This document shows, piece after piece, positions 8,006 through 11,151 of a stretch of DNA of 11,151 bases. How positions within the stretch are numbered: position 1 is the first letter of the stretch; the number at the start of each line of letters is the position of its first letter. The stretch comes from Octopus sinensis (taxonomy: Eukaryota), in assembly GCF_006345805.1 (NCBI RefSeq), contig NW_021827260.1, positions 1 to 11,151 of the forward strand, in the 5' to 3' direction. The position numbers were made by a program, and so were the translations under genes. The notes beneath the pieces were generated by a model, which worked only from the letters and a program-made list of their open reading frames with translations, was not told the DNA's origin and did not search any database.

Positions 8006-8111
8006 AGATATGTATTACATAAATCTGTGTATCATACATGCATGCGATTGTATGTATGTGCTGGGAACAACAATTCACAATGTTTTTTTCTTGTCACTGA
8101 ATCTACTTAAG

Positions 8112-8195
8112 TTGCTGTTGTTGTTGTTGCAGTCGTGGCAGTAGTTATGGTAGTAGTAGTAGTAGTGGTAGTAGTTGTGGTGGTGGTGGTGGTGG
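8112..8195. repeat. (GTT)/(GTA)/(GTG)n compound trinucleotide tract
   Basis: Visible directly. Confidence 0.9.
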
Positions 8196-8332
8196 TAATT
8201 ATCACTGGAAGTTTAGGATTTGTCATGCATTTCAGCACCAGTTTGCGCCAACAGCATGTGTTTATTAGTGGCTTATTTCCTGCTCTACAGGGTAGACGGA
8301 GGGTGGTGAGGTGGGGTGGAAGGCGGTGTGAT

Positions 8333-8359
8333 GGGTTGGGAGGGTGGTTAGGGTGGGGG
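8333..8359 (+). other. Potential G-quadruplex
   Basis: GGG-tt-GGG-a-GGG-tggtta-GGG-t-GGGGG. Confidence 0.55.
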
Positions 8360-8434
8360 AGTTGGTGAAGTATGTCAAGGTTCTTGGTATCGGCTTGATC
8401 CTTCCATGGCAGAGAATGATGTGGGTGGGGTCAT

Positions 8435-8800
8435 CCTTCTCATCCTCCATCATCCTCACAACCACAACCAAGCATGACCACCACCACAGCCATATCCAAA
8501 ACCTTCACCCCAACCCACTCCATCCTCCCATTACAGCCGCCTCCACCACAAACGTCACCCACCGTTAATACCACCACTACCATCAATACCACTGCTGCTG
8601 CAACAATGATGATCCACGATGACCACCACCACTACTTCTGCCACCTCCACCATCGCCAACTTTGACACTGTTGCTGCCACAATCACCAACACCACCACCA
8701 CCACTACCATCATCATCATCATCACCATGGCCACTACCACAACCTCTACATCCATCACTACAGCTGCCAGCAACCCCACCACCAACACTACCCAAACCTT
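8435..8800. repeat. Long degenerate (CAC/CAT/CAA)n tract
   Basis: Visible directly; source of the poly-T/V/G ORFs. Confidence 0.9.
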
Positions 8801-8838
8801 ATAGGAATTAAGGAGCTGGGCATGACATGGTTTGTTAA

Positions 8839-8875
8839 ATCTGCAAGAAATAACAACCTAGTGTCTTAAAAAATG
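8839..8875 (+). mobile_element. Short remnant of the repeat family at 7581-7808
   Basis: atctgcaagaaataacaacc is 19/20 identical to the reverse complement of 7766-7785. Confidence 0.45.
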
Positions 8876-9094
8876 ATAAAAATAAATGATTTGCTCAATG
8901 AAGACTTACCTAGGACTAAACAACCATGAAAAAAATCACAATACAAATTGCTAATGAAGTAAGCTAAGGGGAAATAACTCAAATAGGCCAATTATAGAGA
9001 TTTGAATAATTAAGTGAAGGTGGGGAGTACTGAATATTTTATGAAAAGTATTCTTAATTAGAAAGAGACAGAAAAACCTTAGGGCATTTGTTAG

Positions 9095-9262
9095 TCGTGG
9101 TGGTGGTGTGGTGGTGGTGGTGGTGGTGGTGGTGGTTGTAGTTTGTGTTGGTAGTGGTGGTAGTGATGGCTAACAGTAGTGATTGTGGTGGTGGTGGTGG
9201 TGGTGGTGGTGGTAGTGGTGGTAGTGATGGCTAACAGTAGTGATTGTGGTGGTGGTGGTGGG
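9095..9262. repeat. (GTG)n tract containing a 61-bp-period duplication (9149-9200, 9210-9261)
   Basis: tggtagtggtggtagtgatggctaacagtagtgattgtggtggtggtggtgg occurs twice exactly. Confidence 0.92.
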
Positions 9263-9519
9263 GCTAGTGATAATGATCAAATATTCTCAAAGAACAGGGG
9301 AGATAATTTAAACAAATTAATAATTAATTTCCAAAACTTAATTTAGGTGTTAAGTGGGAAAGGAAGTCTGAACAGTACAACCACCACCACAACCACTACT
9401 ACCCCCACCTATGCTATCCTTCAGCCCTAATAAACCCTAATACCTATTACCAGCATGAGTCTAATTCTTGTTTATATCTTGTTGACATTTATAAGGTAAA
9501 ATTGGTTACATAGCACACC

Positions 9520-9705
9520 AGGTGGCATTACTGGTAGTGGCTGTGATGGTGGTGATGGGGCTACAGGGGAGGGGGAATTGTGGTGGTAGTGGTGATGGTG
9601 AGAGTGAAGGTAGTTACGGCGGCGGTGGTGCTGCTGGAGTTGGGGGAAATAGTTGTGGTGGTGGTGTTGACAGTTGTGGTACTGGTTGTGGTGAAGGTGG
9701 TAAAT
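9520..9705. repeat. Degenerate (GGT)n tract
   Basis: Visible directly. Confidence 0.85.
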
Positions 9706-9925
9706 GGTTAATCTGAAGCCTCTGGCAATAATGTTTATTTTTTTTAAACAGCAGGAAGCAGAGACAGAGTGAGAGAATCAAAGAGAGAGGAAGGAGAAAG
9801 AGAGATAGAGAGAGAGAGAATAAAGGATGTTCAAATGTTTATATGAATATTAAAGAGATAAAAATTCATTCTTAACATTGTAAAGAGGAGAGAAATGACT
9901 GGAGGAGAAAAAGAAATCAGAACTA

Positions 9926-9927
<2 letters not shown>

Positions 9928-9984
<57 letters not shown>
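9928..9984. repeat. (TAA)19 microsatellite, 5' flank of a Dong insertion
   Basis: 57 bp of perfect TAA. Confidence 0.97.
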
Positions 9985-9985
<1 letters not shown>

Positions 9986-10254
9986 TCAGACACCAGGAAA
10001 CCCCAAAATAGCAGAAATTCAAAAGATAGTGCTCATGGGAACTGCTCATATCCTACGCTAAATACTTTCTATGTAATCTCAAGTTTTAAAACAAACATAA
10101 TTTTTTTTGCATTCACTAGTACAACACTAAATACAAAACCAAATATATGGCACACTAGGCATAACAACAATACGAACTTCCAACCCTGTTGTCTCTTGAG
10201 GTCTCTGGGTGAGACTTGGAGCCAACATGTACAAATATAAAGCAAAAGTCGAAC

Positions 10255-10257
<3 letters not shown>
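9985..10257 (+). mobile_element. 5'-truncated R4/Dong-clade non-LTR element (last ~29 codons plus 3' UTR) inserted in (TAA)n
   Basis: 9990-10076 reads TPGNPKIAEIQKIVLMGTAHILR*ILSM*, the RLE-element C-terminus (compare QKIVLTDMSHVLRRAL at 917-964); hairpin at 10200-10216; (TAA)n on both sides. Confidence 0.9.
10200..10216 (+). other. 3'-UTR stem-loop of Dong fragment 2 (GGTCTC-tgggt-GAGACT)
   Basis: Same geometry as 1119-1135 with a G-C to C-G swap. Confidence 0.7.
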
Positions 10258-10301
<44 letters not shown>

Positions 10302-10335
10302 GTGATAGTGGTGGTGGTGGTGGTGGTGGTGGCGG
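10258..10335. repeat. (TAA)14 followed by (TGG)n
   Basis: TAA 10258-10299, then TGG-type units. Confidence 0.97.
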
Positions 10336-10338
10336 CAG

Positions 10339-10912
10339 TGGAAAGGAGAATAATGCAGTCTATTAACGAGACCAAATGCATATTAATATTCTGGAACAGA
10401 AAAAGAGAAACTAAGTTCCAGAAGAGAAAAATATGTTGAGCTAGAGAGGAAATACAGGCTGAAGAAAAAGAGAATCAATGTTGTGACTGAGGAATTGAAA
10501 CAGAGATTGAAAGCTAAAGCACATAAACTAAAGAGATAAGAACAGAGAATTGAGCAGCACAGATTAAACAGACTTTTCAAACAAAGTCAGAAACGAGTCT
10601 ATCAGGAACTGGATGAGAAAGAAAAAGGTGAAAAAGCTATGCCAGATGGTCTCAGGAGAAACACCTCGAAACTAAAGCAGAGTGGTTAAAGACACTGAAA
10701 GAGGAGAGTGGAGAGTATCAGCAAGAGGAATTGAGAATAACTGTGGGGATGATTAGAGGTCAGTGCAGGAAAATTCCTAACTGGAAAGTGTCTGACCCAG
10801 ATGGGATTCGGGGCTTTGGGCTTAAAAACTTGACAGCTCTGCACCGGAGAACTGTGAGACAGTTGGATGAAATTCTGAATAGTGACATTCAAGTACCGGC
10901 CTGGATGACAAA
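10339..10912 (+). mobile_element. Decayed internal fragment of an R4/Dong-clade element: pre-RT region and start of reverse transcriptase (domain 0)
   Basis: Frame-hopping translation: W.[151 protein letters not shown] corresponds to the WKAPGPDG RT-0 motif. Confidence 0.9.
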
Positions 10913-10929
10913 TGATTGTATCATTAGGT

Positions 10930-11151
10930 TTACATATTATTTTGCAGGGAGATTCTCTTGAGATTTAGTGACTGCAAGTCACCCCAAATTTCAACTATCT
11001 TTCTTTTAGAATTCTTGCAGAATACAGGATCATCAGTTTGAGTCTCAGTTGCAACATCTTTCAGCTTCTTGGTTAGCAGATTGGGTGTTGTGCCAAGTGC
11101 ACCAAATACTACAGGAATAATTGTCACCTTAACAGATTCTGATATTTCTGA
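10930..11151 (-). mobile_element. 3' end of another R4/Dong-clade element in opposite orientation (endonuclease C-terminus plus short 3' UTR)
   Basis: Minus strand reads VKVTIIPVVFGALGTTPNLLTKKLKDV, then after a frameshift ILYSARIL; hairpin GGTGAC-ttgca-GTCACT (10967-10983) and aataat (10936-10941); continues beyond the window. Confidence 0.82.
10967..10983 (-). other. 3'-UTR stem-loop of Dong fragment 4 (GGTGAC-ttgca-GTCACT)
   Basis: Same geometry as the other two hairpins with a T-A to A-T swap. Confidence 0.7.

Noticed and set aside
9425-9445. Two CCCTAA telomere-like units
   Set aside because: Only two non-adjacent hexamers; insufficient for an interstitial telomeric repeat.
10900-10945. 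Twin-priming 5' inversion as the cause of the Dong strand switch
   Set aside because: Twin priming joins 5' ends head-to-head; here the fragments converge tail-to-tail.
1-11151. CRISPR array, operon or other prokaryotic system
   Set aside because: No regularly spaced repeat-spacer array, no dense coding or ribosome-binding sites; composition and repeats are those of an animal genome.

Overview
Eukaryotic, AT-rich, microsatellite-saturated DNA that is almost certainly from an octopus genome (the SINE and LINE families match octopus repeats as I recall them; no database check was possible). It reads as intronic or intergenic sequence with no intact recognisable gene, and most ORFs in the supplied track are translations of simple repeats. 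Contents: (i) four decayed fragments of RLE-type (R4/Dong-clade) non-LTR retrotransposons at 1-1181, 9985-10257, 10339-10912 and 10930-11151 (minus); (ii) two 5'-truncated copies of one RTE-clade LINE with a (GAT)n tail; (iii) three near-complete ~410 bp tRNA-derived SINEs plus fragments of related SINEs; (iv) a 168-bp tandem duplication with a templated junction; (v) many di-, tri- and tetranucleotide tracts; (vi) weak candidate exon or splice signals. Best observation: the three R4/Dong 3' ends differ in primary sequence, yet each carries the hairpin GGTNNC-N5-GNNACT with compensatory base changes about 25-40 nt upstream of the TAA-type tail, a candidate RNA recognition element for retrotransposition. 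Also notable are a Dong copy inside a (TAA)n array, a 74-87 bp target-site-like duplication, and a close inverted SINE pair that could form a long dsRNA.
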